From: Vermamoeba vermiformis
Taxonomy: Eukaryota
DNA length: 64,000 bases
Reading direction: 5' to 3'
Assembly (NCBI GenBank): GCA_045837725.1
Contig: JBEWZL010000119.1
Span: 124,001 to 188,000 of the forward strand
Shown here: one piece after another, positions 41,853 to 54,809 of the stretch
Layout: every line of letters starts with the position of its first letter
How positions within the stretch are numbered: the first letter of the stretch is position 1
The notes under the pieces: generated by a model
Database searches by the model: none
Seen by the model: only the letters and a program-made list of their open reading frames with translations
Told to the model about the DNA's origin: nothing
Made by a program: the position numbers and the translations under genes

Positions 41853-44800
41853 TTACATCAAGTTGGAGATACGTTGAACAACCTCACTCGCAGAAGGTCG
41901 GACTGCTGGATCTTGGTGCCAGCAGTCCTCAATGAGTTTAATAAGGTCGTCGCTCACACCAACGTTTCTTTCCAAAGGCATTCTTCCGCCGTTCTTAACG
42001 TGCATCTCGAGGTCCGACTGCCATTCAAATTGAGTGAATGGTTGTTGTTCGTACATCAGTTCCCATATCAATAGAGCAAAACTGTAAATATCCGCACTCT
42101 TATCGATTCGCGGGTTCTTTCCTAACGCTTCCGGAGCCATGTAGTTCATTGTTCCGACGTTCTTTGTGACAGTCATAGTGTTGTCGGAGATGAATCTCGA
42201 AGTACCAAAGTCAGTTAGTTTGACGTGCACCGATGCCTTTGGCTCAAGTGAAAAGACGAGAATGTTCTGTGGCTTGATGTCGCGATGAATGACTCTGTTC
42301 AAGTGAAGGAATTGAAGGGCTTTTGCTGACTCCAACAGGATTGTGAGCTTCATCATGTACGGCAATTTTGTCTTCTGCATAACGCTCGAAAGACTGCCAA
42401 GAGGTGCGTATTCAATTAAGATTGCCAAGTTGTCCTTAACATTTGATGCACCAACGAACTGAACGATGTTTGGATGGTGCAAGTCTTTCATCAATGTGAT
42501 CTCTCGCTCGAATTCTTGTTTCAGCTCTTCGATCATGCACTGGTTGAGAATCTTTTTCACGGCTACCTCTCCACCGCGATACACTCCTCGAGTCACTGTG
42601 CCAAAACTACGAAAAATTGTGAGTCGGGTCCACTACTAGTAGATGAAATTTGTCTTACCCGCCACCACCAAGGAAGTCACCTGTCATTTCCACTTCTTCA
42701 AGATCGATCCACGTGGACATGGCACTTGCCATCTTGTACTCGAGAATAGCGTAGATGTGTTGTTGTTCGATCACAATGACGAGACAAATCTTGCACTTGG
42801 TTGTCATTCGCATCAAAGTCGAGACTGTCACATGCGTTGCTTTGCCTTGTTTGAGCGTGAATGACGAAGGCTCGACTTTGACTTCGTACTTTGGTGATTC
42901 TGGTGCGTATATATCAACGTGCAGGCCATCGATCAGTCGTTCTTTTAACGTGTTGTCACTCTTGCTGTTATTCTTGGACTTTAAACTGAACACCACTTCA
43001 GCTTGGTTCCACGTGTCTACTTTGACAGTACTATCTTTCGAATTTTGTGACAGCATTGACGAGTCAATAGAGCACGGCAAGCGGTCAAGAGCCTTGTACG
43101 TGAAATCTTCCGTCGGCTTCCATTCCCAAGTCGTTGACGGGATGACAGAGACGCCGTCGCGGTTCAGTGACTCGGACTTGGCTTGTGTCAGCAGATTCTG
43201 AAGCTCCATTTCGTGTTTTTCTCCTGCCTTGAGCCTTCTTCTGAATAACGCCACTGCAACGACCGCGGCCAAAACTACGACGAAGACGAGCACCACGATG
43301 AGTACCAAATGTCCGACAGTCAGCGAAGACACGTTGTCGAACGTGAAAGGATTCGACGTGACAACACTACTGCCACACTGTGCGCTGATTGCGTATCGAG
43401 TGAAAGTCGAGAGTGCTGATATGTTGACACTCAGACTGCTCTGTCGAGAGTCAATAGGATCTTGTGCTATTCCGTCAATAAGCCACCAGTGGCGGGTACA
43501 ATCGTCATATAACAGTTTGACTTGAAGCGTGGCTTGTGATTCCATGAACCATGTCGTGTGATTGACGGTCGGACGAGGCCCGTCAAACAGCATGTCGTGT
43601 TCCAAAAGTCGCAAATAACCACATGTTTGGTTCTTTCCTGAAGGATTTGTTGCTGTCAAGCATAATTGATGACGCACATTGCATGCTAATGTGTCCGGCT
43701 GTATCGTAATGTTCGCAGTATTAGTTGTTTGAACAGCGCCATTGATTGTCCATTCGAGTGATTCCTCGCCCTTCACTTGGGCTTGAATGAGGACAGATTT
43801 GTGACACAAGTTGATTGAATCTTCTAAAGGCTGAATAAACGTCGGCCTTGGGACAACGGAAATTCTCGCTGATTGCGCCATTGATTGGTAACACTGATCT
43901 ATAGCTCTAATAAGATATTCGCCGGCGATAGGTTGCATTACATTGTGGAGTGTCAAACTTGAACCAGATGAGTTGAGTGACACGCCATTGTGCCGCCAAT
44001 CAATGCGAAGATGATTCTTAGAGCCAGTGAGCCCTGTGTCGAGACCTATCGATTGTGTCTCGTAGATTGACTGACTTTGTAGGGTGTTTGTCATTGTCGA
44101 GAGTGGTCGATATGTGACGAAGAATTGAGTGACCCAAACAACAAACGAGTCCGTTATTTGCATTCTCGCTAGCGACGCGTCGATTCGCTGCCAATCTCCC
44201 GTTGTGAGCTCAAAGATGACTAAGCCGTTGGCAATCGTGAATAATACTTTGCTTCCAGAAGACTGCATTGCTGTGAATGGCGAGTCGATAGGGGCCTCTG
44301 CTAGCACGCGCCATTCATTCGTTAGGACGTTGTACAGATCCACGCGTTGTGGTCTTCGTATCACAAGGGAGGACAGTCCTGCCACTGCTTCAAGTCCGTT
44401 GTTGGCAAAGTGAACTGGGATTTCTACGTGGCTCCAAGTCGATTCTGCAATGTTGTAGATATCAATAGTGGATGTGCTAGTAACGAAGAACACGTGCGTC
44501 TTCGACTGGACAATATGGCGCGGCGGTCCAGGCACGCTTAATCGATCAAACTGAAGTGTATCTGTCACGGCGTTGTAGATGACAACGATGTCTGTGAGTT
44601 GGGTCGGCCAACCACTAACATTATACGCTGCCGCCATGATGAACAAATCTTCTGTAGTAATAAATGGTCCTCTGATTTGTGGACTAATAAGCGTTCTGTT
44701 GTTGGTGACAATATCAATCAGTTCAATTTCGCCCAAATAAGAAGTCAGAATGATCTTGTTTCTGACACCTGCCATCTCCGATGCTAGTACCGTCGATCCA

Positions 44801-46378
44801 GAACCCGGCTGTTGTCGCCACGATAGGTCAGTTGCGTTGAAGATTTGAAACTGCCTTTGGTCTACGTAGTTGAACACTGCAATCGAGCCTTGCATAGAAG
44901 TCGTTAAGACACCACCGGAGAGTACTACAGGGAACGGCACTTCTGTTACTGTCCAAGTCTCGCTCGGAAAGTGAAACAAATGACCCGTGTTGAACACCCA
45001 GTAGTCGTCTAACTCGACATACGTGGATGAGATCACGTTATCGAATCTTTGTTGTCGAATTTGTTGAGTGTGCAAGTTGAACCAATAGGCCTCCAACGCG
45101 CCTGACAAGAAGAAGCCAAAGTCTCTTCTTTGAAATTGAAATCCACCTGGTGTTGGCGTATACTGCACCAAGCCATCCAACACGATTGTCGTTATCTCGG
45201 GTGACGGATCTGACATGTAGATAGCGCCGTTGTGAGCGATAATTGCAGGTCTGTCCGTACTGAGCTCTCGTTGCACCGAGTACATGATGACGCCTCCTTT
45301 GTTGTACGATACAATCGAGTTAGAACCAATGAAGTGCAGCGTCGGGCCATAAACTATCGTGGATGCAGCAGAAGGGATGGAAATTTGTGTGATGACACGT
45401 TGTGGAGGCTCGGGTTGAAAAGAGTATACATTGAGTCCGTCTATATCTCGGATCACTAACTGGCCATCGACGAGATAAAGTGTTGGCAGGCCAAAGAAGC
45501 TGATTCTCATGGAGACATTGTAAGCAGGTTCAGCATTGAATGAAAGGGTATCGGAGTCCAAAGGAAAGATTTGTATCAAATTGTTCCGCATTAGAAATCC
45601 AAACAGGTGCGTGCCGTTGCTAACAGAAGCGGTCAGCACAACATTCCTGGTCTGGATCGTGCCACTCGAAGGATCCAAAAACACGAACTGGTTGGAATAA
45701 TGATAGACCACGTATTGTCCAAACACCAAGACATTTTGTAGACCGAGAGATGGAATGTTGATTGATGCGGTCATTGTTTGCGTGAGCGTGTCAAAAATGT
45801 CAGCGTACGGATGTACTTCGCTGGTCATGGATGGGACTCCAAAGGCAAATATGACGTGGTGGCCAACAGCGCTACATCTAATCCGCTGCCTAGGTGTTGC
45901 CAGCCAGTGTCTTGACCACGTGTTTGTTGTCGTGTCAAAAACGTCAAGGGCTCGGGAAGTTTCTCCAGTGGTTTCGACGCCTCCAGCAAAATAAATCTTA
46001 TTATTTAATGCTGCTATGCCTGCGCCGGACCTCGCAGTGGGTAACTGAAACGGAGTGAAGCACGCTGCGAAAAATACGTTAATTTAAAGTCAGGCCACAT
46101 TCCAGGACAGAAATATCAATAAATCAATTAAATAATAATTTAATAGGTGCTTACAGCGTAAATTGAAGTTAAAAACTTGCCAAGCAATTATTCAATTTTT
46201 TTTTCCGATCTGAGATCGTCTACCGAGACATTTTGAACATACCATCACTGGCCGCCAACAAACACAAAATATAGAAGATGATGGCCCGTAGATTAGCTGC
46301 AGAGAGATTTAGGGTCGTGTCAAAAACAAGACAGCATCCAATTTACATACCTTGCTTGCTCGTAGTCTTGACTAACAT
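41853..46378 (-). CDS. Receptor kinase: signal peptide, Kelch-like propeller, Ig-like domains, TM helix, TKL kinase
   Basis: Two small 5' exons give a signal peptide; KIYFAGG Kelch; W.HNG..LTL.NV....GEY Ig motif; TM LVLIVVLVFVVVLAAVVAVALFRRR; GGGG|FG, VAVK, HRDIKPQN, DFG, YMAPE. Confidence 0.92.
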
Positions 46379-47560
46379 CGAAATGACATGATATTCGAAT
46401 ATAAATCTTAATTGCGCAAAATGGGTGTTTTTGCTGATGTAACCAACGGAGATCAACAACAGAAATGCTGCTCAAAATGTTCCGGAGTTTCTTTTGATCT
46501 AAATGGTTACAATTATTTTGTAGTCACTATTTCGCTTACCGAAAGCTAAGTCTCATAGCCAGCTTCTTTATCATGCCAAAAAGCCAGATCGATCAAGTAG
46601 TATTGCGTTCACGGTAATCAAATATGCAGCCAATAATAATTACATAAAAATATCCTTCATCTTGGTTTTTAACTCATGCACGCATACCATTCAATGCTTG
46701 TCTGAGCAAATTAATGTATTGTAATTTCTTAATTGCGGCTGCCGTGGGCTATCACGTGTAGCAATGCGCACTCACCTGAATCACGCGAGATTAACCAGAT
46801 TTTTTAGCATCGGAAGGATTATTTTCGGCGCATCTGGCAGGCAATTTGGTTGAACTACGCTCTTCTAGGTATGTACGGCGTTGAAATATTAGCGGTGCAC
46901 GTTTACCAGTTGTCTGTTAAACTTGCATTCATCAATGAACTTGGCGTTGGTAAATTAATGCCGTGGTGCTGATAGAATTGCATTGTCGTGCGCAATGCAA
47001 AAAACCAATCGCCCTGTGTAACGTCGTCGAATTACATTGCGATTGCGATTTCACCTCAGTGTGTGATAAACTTGGAGCTGCAGCGGAGATACACACTAGT
47101 ACACCCACGGCACTTGGACCTAAATCAGGTCCTTTCTGGTCATCCCTGCGAGTTAAAGCAAGAACCCAAGTCAAACGCAAAGCAAGGGTCGAGCTGCTCA
47201 TGCAAAGCTACAATGGACAGGGGCGTCATCGTTTCACTGAGGTACATAGGATTCCTTTTGAAAGAATCAGATTTAGCAAGGCATTCAACGAGGAATTACA
47301 GTGCTTTTTCGTTCGAAGAGTTAAAATTTAAATGTCGGAACGGCGGAGATAAATTTAACTTTCAGAAACGACGACACCATAATGTCTAGGTCGAAAGCAA
47401 ATCATAAACGAGCGAACTAATGGCTCGTAGGGACGATGCTGCCCAATGTGCAGTTGGAAATACTGCAGGAAGCACGCGAGACGCAGAATTACTTAAGAAT
47501 GAAAATTATGCGAAACGGTTCACACTTAAAATTTATTCACCTGTCAAATCAATCAAGAAA

Positions 47561-47569
47561 GTATAAAAG
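47561..47569 (+). promoter_or_regulatory. TATA box candidate
   Basis: GTATAAAAG about 60 nt upstream of ATG 47622. Confidence 0.55.
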
Positions 47570-47621
47570 CGAATCTTTTGCTTGGCATTTACAACAAAAA
47601 AACAACGCAATAACAACACAA

Positions 47622-48287
47622 ATGAACAAAGCTCTTATATTAGCCGTGCTCGGATGCGTTTTGGCAATTGCTGCCGCCGAGACTGAAACTTTTGGCTGGG
47701 GCCACACTTTGCCTCAAGGCGTTTATTACAACGGTCCCCTTTTCGTCGGATACCAAGGAAGAGTTCAACGCGCGATCTTCAAGTTTGCCGAAGCCTACAC
47801 TACTTGCAACAGAAACAACTTTATCGAGATCTTCGACGAGGACATCCTCTTCTCCTACCTCTTCGTTCGTTACCAAGGTCTGACTGCTGCATTGGCTGAT
47901 ATCGATAGCTACTGCACTCCTACTGGCCGTCCTGCCAACGTCTCCGTCTTCTTCGAGCGTGACGCCTTCGCTATTGATCCCGTCACTCGCAATGCTGCCG
48001 TCAAGGTGCAATTCCGCCAAGTCACTCAAGCTGGTGTCAAGTCCGTTGTCAATGACGTTTGGTTCGCTAAGACTAACTTCTTTGGTAACCAATTTACCGA
48101 GTTCACCGAATGGTTGTCCGACTCTGTTCGCTTCTTGCAACAATACGGTGTCTTGAACTACGACGAATCTGCCGATCCTCTCTTGCCCTGGCCCACTTAT
48201 GTCGCTGGTCGTGAAGGCTGCGCTCGTCGCGTAACTCACACTTGCTCTGACGCTCCTTGCCAACCTTCTCAGTGCGTTCGCCCTTAA
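47622..48287 (+). CDS. Intronless secreted protein, probable NTF2/SnoaL-like fold with Cys-rich tail
   Basis: Signal peptide MNKALILAVLGCVLAIAAA; A-rich start context; strong codon bias; F..AY....F..IFDED..F pattern suggests the fold (inference). Confidence 0.8.
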   Translation: MNKALILAVLGCVLAIAAAETETFGWGHTLPQGVYYNGPLFVGYQGRVQRAIFKFAEAYTTCNRNNFIEIFDEDILFSYLFVRYQGLTAALADIDSYCTPTGRPANVSVFFERDAFAIDPVTRNAAVKVQFRQVTQAGVKSVVNDVWFAKTNFFGNQFTEFTEWLSDSVRFLQQYGVLNYDESADPLLPWPTYVAGREGCARRVTHTCSDAPCQPSQCVRP

Positions 48288-49220
48288 TTAATGCGGCCGC
48301 ATCCAAAATTGTAAAATAATTAATTGCACTGTAAAATCAAAAAGTAAATCAATTGTATTTCTACCGGAATTCCTTCGTGTTTGATTCATAAAGCAATTGA
48401 TTCATCTCTTGTAGCAGTTAAACTCCACTTAGCAGTATCACAAAAATATTCAGCAACATCCGTGCTATTTTGTCAGCCCTTCTTCCATCTTGACAACAAT
48501 GCGTGCATATTATTTATTGCATATCGTTTGTTTATAGGCTGTCGTTAATGTAGGCTTCTGGTAAGGAGTTGCGCAAACAAACTGCAACTGCTAATCTGTC
48601 AGCTTATCTCCTAAAAACTAAATCAGTGCTAAAAAGGACTTTGTTTACATTGCATAGAACTCAAAAATTTCGGTTATTCTCCATTTATTACTTTAATAAA
48701 AGCAAAAATTGTTCCCAAAATTATTGTATTTTAATTTTCATGCAGCTCAGCGCGGTAATTTTCTGGAGATTTTTACTTCAGTACGCATAGCGTAATATCC
48801 TGTACCCTACGTAAATTCCTTACGATTAAATTTTCCAAAAAACTCATAATTTACAGCTACGTTGGTCACGCTGATCAGACGGCAACAGTTAGCCACACTC
48901 GCGTTATGCGGTTCGCTTGATGGGAGAATACTAGAATACGAACTCAATCACCTGCCAATCACTAGAACGGAAATTTGTATTGCAATTTCGAGATGTGACA
49001 CGGGATCAGATCTTGTATTCAATCTCAAAGAGTGGTGGAACCGGAGAGAACAGCCGATAAGTCAGCTTCTAGTTGGTGCGGAGTATATTGGACCACAAAG
49101 GTTCTTGGCAGCAGATTGGCATCTCATATCGAGCAACTTCAAGTTGAAAACGCGTGCAAGCCTAAAATTATCGGCCAATAATTTGCGAGCGCACATAATC
49201 AAATTTATTACTTTAAACAG

Positions 49221-49230
49221 CTATAAATAA
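49221..49230 (+). promoter_or_regulatory. TATA box candidate
   Basis: CTATAAATAA with an Inr-like TCATTCAGTT about 30 nt downstream, ahead of ATG 49302. Confidence 0.6.
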
Positions 49231-49301
49231 GGAGCGTTCGGTCGCATAGTTTCATTCAGTTCAAAACATCAATCACTAACAACACAACTCAACACTTAAA
49301 A

Positions 49302-49631
49302 ATGAAAACTCTTGCCATCATCGCTGTCGTTCTTGGCCTCCTCTATGTTGCCTACGCTCAAACTTGCGACGAAACCGTCATCTCTGCTTGCTACAGTCCT
49401 TATGTTGAATGCGCTCAGGCCGCCAACTCTACCGCTGATGCTTGCACTTGCTTCGGCAGATACGGCAATTGCTTGGCCGGAAAGAACTGCTTCCTCGGAG
49501 CCACTCGCGATCAATTCTTGTCTCAATGCAGCCAAGCTGGTTGCACTACTCAACAATGCAACAGCGCCGTTACCTCTGGCGTCAATGTCGTCTTGCTCTT
49601 GGGCACCGTTCTCTTTGCTTTGTATCACTAA
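49302..49631 (+). CDS. Small Cys-rich, probably GPI-anchored surface protein
   Basis: Signal peptide; 10 Cys in about 65 aa; omega-site-like NSA followed by a hydrophobic tail; intronless; strong codon bias. Confidence 0.85.
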   Translation: MKTLAIIAVVLGLLYVAYAQTCDETVISACYSPYVECAQAANSTADACTCFGRYGNCLAGKNCFLGATRDQFLSQCSQAGCTTQQCNSAVTSGVNVVLLLGTVLFALYH

Positions 49632-50153
49632 ATAAATCAACCTGTTATTTTATCGAATATCGCTTAATGCCTTTACATCGATGTGAATATTAAACTCGCC
49701 GATTGTCGACTCTGTGCGGTTGGTGCATCACTTTTAATCGGAGAACGGCGCCGTTTGTACGAGCAAAGATAACCAATTTATAATATTAATCTTAATCGGG
49801 TAACGCAATCGCATCATTATTTTTATTTATACTGCATTGCAACGCCGTAATGTGCACATTTGAGCGCAGTATACTACCAGAAGCTACTGTCTAGGTATAC
49901 AAATCTAAATTGAATTAAGATTTTTCGCAATTTAAGTAATTTATCTCTATCGATAGTATACATTTACTAAGTTGTTGAATTCCTCGTTGTGATTCAAATT
50001 TGATTAATTAAGTAAACCGCCGGCTCGAAAAGTTACGCTGTTGATGAAACAATCGACCGTTTCCATAGTAATCCATTACGAAGCGCAACTGAATAGGACC
50101 TGGGCCTTGATGAAGTCATTATTTATGTACAAGGAATGGAGTAACGATCATTT

Positions 50154-51753
50154 CTATTGACTCCTGTCCGCATCCGCTTTCAGATCGGAAGCAACGATAG
50201 TCGCGAGCATGTCAATGAATTCAACTGACCCTTGGGCTGATAACCACGGCATAGTCCTTTTCCATGAGTTTTTCCTCAACGTCATGTCGTGCATTAATAG
50301 CACATTTTGATTACCAAATTGCACGCACAATCTGCGCCACGATAACGCACGTAAATGAACGAGGACTTCTACGGGGAATTCGACAGTTTGAGCGTTGTCC
50401 ATGACATAAGGAGATCCTTCTATTCGCTGATAATTTTCCACAATTAATTGTCGCTTGTCTTCCTCTAATTGCACGACACCCGTGTAGGGCTTGAAGTGCA
50501 TCGAGCATGTATCGTCAAAACCGAAATGATCGCAGATGTAAAAGAACGGTGAGTTTCTAAATATAGTCATTGTAATTAGTGTCAAATGTAATGACGTAAA
50601 CTGAATGCGGAATTTTCACGGGTTGATAATTAATTTCATTTTCGTTTACTTACTTGGCAGGAATATCATATGGATTTACATTGCAAATGACGGCTGAACA
50701 GAACGGAACAATATTATCGTAGTGTGCAATACCGATTAATGTGCGGTACCGAAATCGTTCTAGCTGTTTGTAGTATTCTTGGCCTATTGACACGACTCCT
50801 TATTAATGACATGCTTGATAAATACATTGGCCGCACAGTTGAATTGCACGTGTTCTCGAGATGTACGAACAGATTTTGGTTGGTCACGTGTCATTGTATG
50901 CGGAATAAATATTATAATTAGATCGATTTTACGTACTTGGATCTGACAATTGGTACAGTAGTTGATCCTTCAATTCTAAATTTGGTTCTTCGTACAGCAA
51001 TTCTTTGCCTGTTTGGGAGTACAATGTTCGAACAACTCCGTGTACTAAAAATCGCCATGATTTCTTCAAAAGTCCTCCTGCATCTGGCCTTCGACTGCCT
51101 AAATGTGGCGAGGACATGGAAATAAAGTCCTAGATCCCAGCGTATTTGTAAGTCAGATCGAATGAAACGTATAATATTGCTATTCCATAGTAACATTACT
51201 TACCCATGGAATTAATTTTGATCCGTATTCTTCATCATTGAACAAGAGCGGGAAGCAGCAGCGAGAAATTAGGCCGCCCAATGAGTGAGCCATAAAAGTG
51301 ATTCGAGCTGGAAATATGAGACGATCTTTTGCTGCATTTAATTCCGATATTATCTAAATTTTAAAGACTAATTTAGTCTTTGGTACGGGTAAATACAGCC
51401 TGCTGACGTCATTATTAATGAATTTAATTTAATTACCTCGTCTTTGAGTCTTTGAGCGCAAACTCGAATTCCATTGAGTGTTTTTCTTCCAGTATTTGAT
51501 TTTGGTGTAATCTAAAAAATTATTGAAGCCGCGTTAGACGAGATCCAGAAAACTAAAATAATAATTTGTCCATTTGCACACATATAAAGCCAAATTAGCA
51601 AGCGATAATGAATGCTGTATATTTTCTTACAATTAACGGGTTTTCCTTCGCAAATTGTTTCTGCAGGGCTTCGTAGATGTAGACCCAGTCTCCTGGAGCG
51701 CCATTATTGCCGTGCTGCAGCACAAATATCAAATCGGTTTTGTTGTCCTCCAT
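50154..51753 (-). CDS. DUF676 / lipase-like serine hydrolase
   Basis: VLQHGNNG, FMAHSLGGLISR nucleophile elbow, SSPHLGSR, TGKELL, D.IVPFCS. Confidence 0.9.
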
Positions 51754-52146
51754 CTTGTCTTCAGTATCTCAAGTTTAACAAATATAAATGAATTAGTGAG
51801 AGAAGGCAGAAAGCGAAACAGCCGATAAAAAGGAAATTTCAGCACGCACGTGCTGTCCCACACCCCAGTTCATACCAAGTAATGGGGCACCTGCTTAAGT
51901 GAATAGGTAGATATCTGCGCAAAGAGGTCATGAATCCAGCGAGGTCAATCTTGAGGAAATGTATTCAGAAGAATTTTCTAATTTCAGGTAGTATCCGTTG
52001 CTCCTGTCCAATCACAAGCTTCCATTCGAGCCTCCCTGCGGAGGATGCCAGCGGAAGCTCCTTAAGGACGAAATTTCGAAGCGCGTGGTGCCAAAAAATC
52101 AAGCATAAATATCCGTAGTGAGTTCATGTTCTTCAAGCAGTCAACA

Positions 52147-54188
52147 ATGGACGAATCAAAGTATCCCACAGCAGACTCAGTGATCGTAGATGCCGCCAAA
52201 GGGTTGGATCTGGATGACGCCTCTTACAAACCGCCAAAGTACTCGTTCCCCATCTTCGATGACGCTTTGTATAAAGAAGCTGAATTTGGCAAGGCTATGC
52301 GCGACACTAACTTTACAATTGGGGACTTCACGTTTCTAAGTAAGATCACAGATCTGTCATTCAATAGAAAATTCGGATATTTTTATTTAACGTTGAAGAT
52401 TACTTGTTAAATATGGCCTATAATGATATAATTAGGATCTAATGGTAAATTAATTTTGAAAATAGATAATGGCTCGTTTGGGGCGTGTCCAAAAGTTGTG
52501 ATCGAGGCTCAAAAGCGTTGGGAAGAGTATTTGGTAAGATAGCTCATACAATCATATACCATACTTATTTTGTAGGAACGATCGCCTGTCTCGTTCTACA
52601 TGCTCGATTTGCCTCCATTTGAAGTGCACGCGATCAGAGAACTCGCCAAGTTCATTGGAGCCCCAGCTAAAAATGTATTGCTCGTAGAAAACGCTAGTAT
52701 GGGTAAGTATAGATCTTATCTATTCGGTTAAGTAGAGATTTCTGAAGATTTTCTCTGAAGGCTGCAATGTTGTTCTTCGTTCCATGCCGTTTACCAAGGA
52801 CGACGAGGTTGTCTTTCTTAACATTGGATACAGTAAGCAATGGATTATCCAAAATAAGCGCTAATTTCGATTAAGCATCCGTCATCAACACGATGAACTA
52901 TCTTGCCAAGCGGATCGGATTCAAACCCGTTCAAGTCAATGTTAAGACCCCAATCGTTATGAGCCAGGTATATTAGGCGTACTATCAAGTATTATTTTGC
53001 TAATATATATACTTCCAGCTATTGCAATCTCTCAGAGAGGCAATAACGCCCAACACGAAACTCGTAGTTTTTGATCATATTTCTAGCTCGCCAGGCAATA
53101 TTTTGCCAATCAAGGATATGATTGCGATATGCAAGGCCAAGTAAGCACCCATGCATATCACGATCATTGTACAAGTATTAATCTAATCGGTGCAGAGGTG
53201 TCCCAACATTGGTTGACGGAGCGCATGCTGTCGGTCAAGTGCCGTTGAATATGAAAGACATTGGCTCTGATTTCTACGTATCTAACTGTCACAAGTGGTT
53301 GTATTCTTCGAAAGTAAGCAGAATGTTCGAGAACATTCCTAGCCTGAATTTTCCTCACCTTTTCGGCTTCAGGGATCTGCTTTCTTGTACGCTTCTGACG
53401 AGCATATCTCTAAGGTAAGGACCATATAATTAAAATGACGTAGTACTGTACTAACACAATTGTTACAGCTCCACCCGACTGTTATTTCAAACGATTACGG
53501 ATCCTCACCGCAAGTCGAGTTTTTGTTCTCAGGTAATTAACGCAGACCCTCACTTACATTAGAATAGCAATTAATACAAATATAGGAACCGGAAATTACT
53601 CTCCGAAGTTGACTATTATACCCGCGCTGCAATTCTACAACAAAATCGGTGGTGCTGAAAAGGTCATTAAGTACTGCCATAATCTCGCTTGGGAAGCTGG
53701 TAAGTCGCGCGCAGCATCAGTATTATGCATTACGAAGAGTTACTAATAGCTTCTATCCCTTAGCTAATGAACTGAAACGTGCTTGGGGAACTCATTTTGT
53801 CGTGTCAGAAACTGATAACGAAAACTACGAGCAGTACTTTGGAAACATGGTGGCTATTGCACTGCCTATTCCCAAGTTTAGCACGGTATGTACTATCTAA
53901 TCGATCGGTAGTCAAGGTCTAATTAAGCTAACCAATCACAAGGGTGAAAAAGCACGTGGTCACGCATTTTGGCTTCGCTTGAAACTGTGGAACGATTATA
54001 AAATTGAAGTAAGTTTGAAACGAGTATATTAAGTGGACCGTAATTATAATGAATATATTTATTAGGTTCCTATCACTGTGCTCGACAACCAACTGTACGC
54101 TAGAATTTCAGCGCAGATCTGGAACGAGAAAGCAGACTTTTTGACACTTATTCCAGCCATTAAGGAGATCTATGAATCTCTTCAATAA
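52147..54188 (+). CDS. PLP-dependent class-V aminotransferase-fold lyase (hercynylcysteine sulfoxide lyase / L-cysteine desulfhydrase-like)
   Basis: [35 protein letters not shown] (PLP lysine), [11 protein letters not shown]. Confidence 0.9.
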
Positions 54189-54533
54189 ACTTAACTTGTG
54201 AACTTTACTCGTAGGACTCGCGACACGAACTAGTTCAAGTATTACATTTGTGGAAAGACATTTTGCATCAATTGATATTCGACAGATAAACACGCTGATT
54301 CGAGTGTACGAAACAACGCCACTCATTCAAGCCTTTTTGGAACCTTTGTTAGGTAGGTTTAGGGATTACGCTATTGGTCAGTTATTTTAAGAGCGGCCAA
54401 TAGAGTTATTTAGCAAAAAATATGGAGGCTTATTTTTAGAAAAAGTCCGATAACCGCATGAAAACCGACCTAAACAAATTTCAATGTACAGTGCAATCGA
54501 ATGCACAGTTTATTTTGCTACACGAGGAGTACA

Positions 54534-54790
54534 TTTATGCTCGGAATGGAACGGATCTGTTCCTCTTCTTCTTCGGATAATTGCGTTACGACTCTGGTAC
54601 AACAACGAGGATTTTAGACACCTTAACCACCTTCTTGTACTAATGTTGTGTTTTAAAGGAATGAAATTTACCTAAATACAGCAAAACTATTGGCAGGCTT
54701 ATTTTTAGAATGGACCAATCGCATTTTACCGATTTTCCCTACAAAAAAGAAATTCTGCACTGAAATTTTTCTTTCAAACTCACTTTTCAC
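54534..54790 (+). repeat. Copy 1 of a duplicated promoter-like module
   Basis: Ordered blocks shared with 55187-55540: GGAATGGAACGGATCT; TTGCGT.ACGACTCT.GTACAA; GAGGATTTTAGAC; CTATTGG..TATTTTTAGAATGG..CCAATC. Confidence 0.85.
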
Positions 54791-54809
54791 ATAAGCACAA
54801 CACTTCAAG

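Noticed and set aside
51830..52120. GC-richer stretch with small hairpins considered as U4, SRP, RNase MRP or a TPP riboswitch
   Set aside because: No diagnostic conserved motifs matched; it is explained as a divergent promoter and 5' UTR
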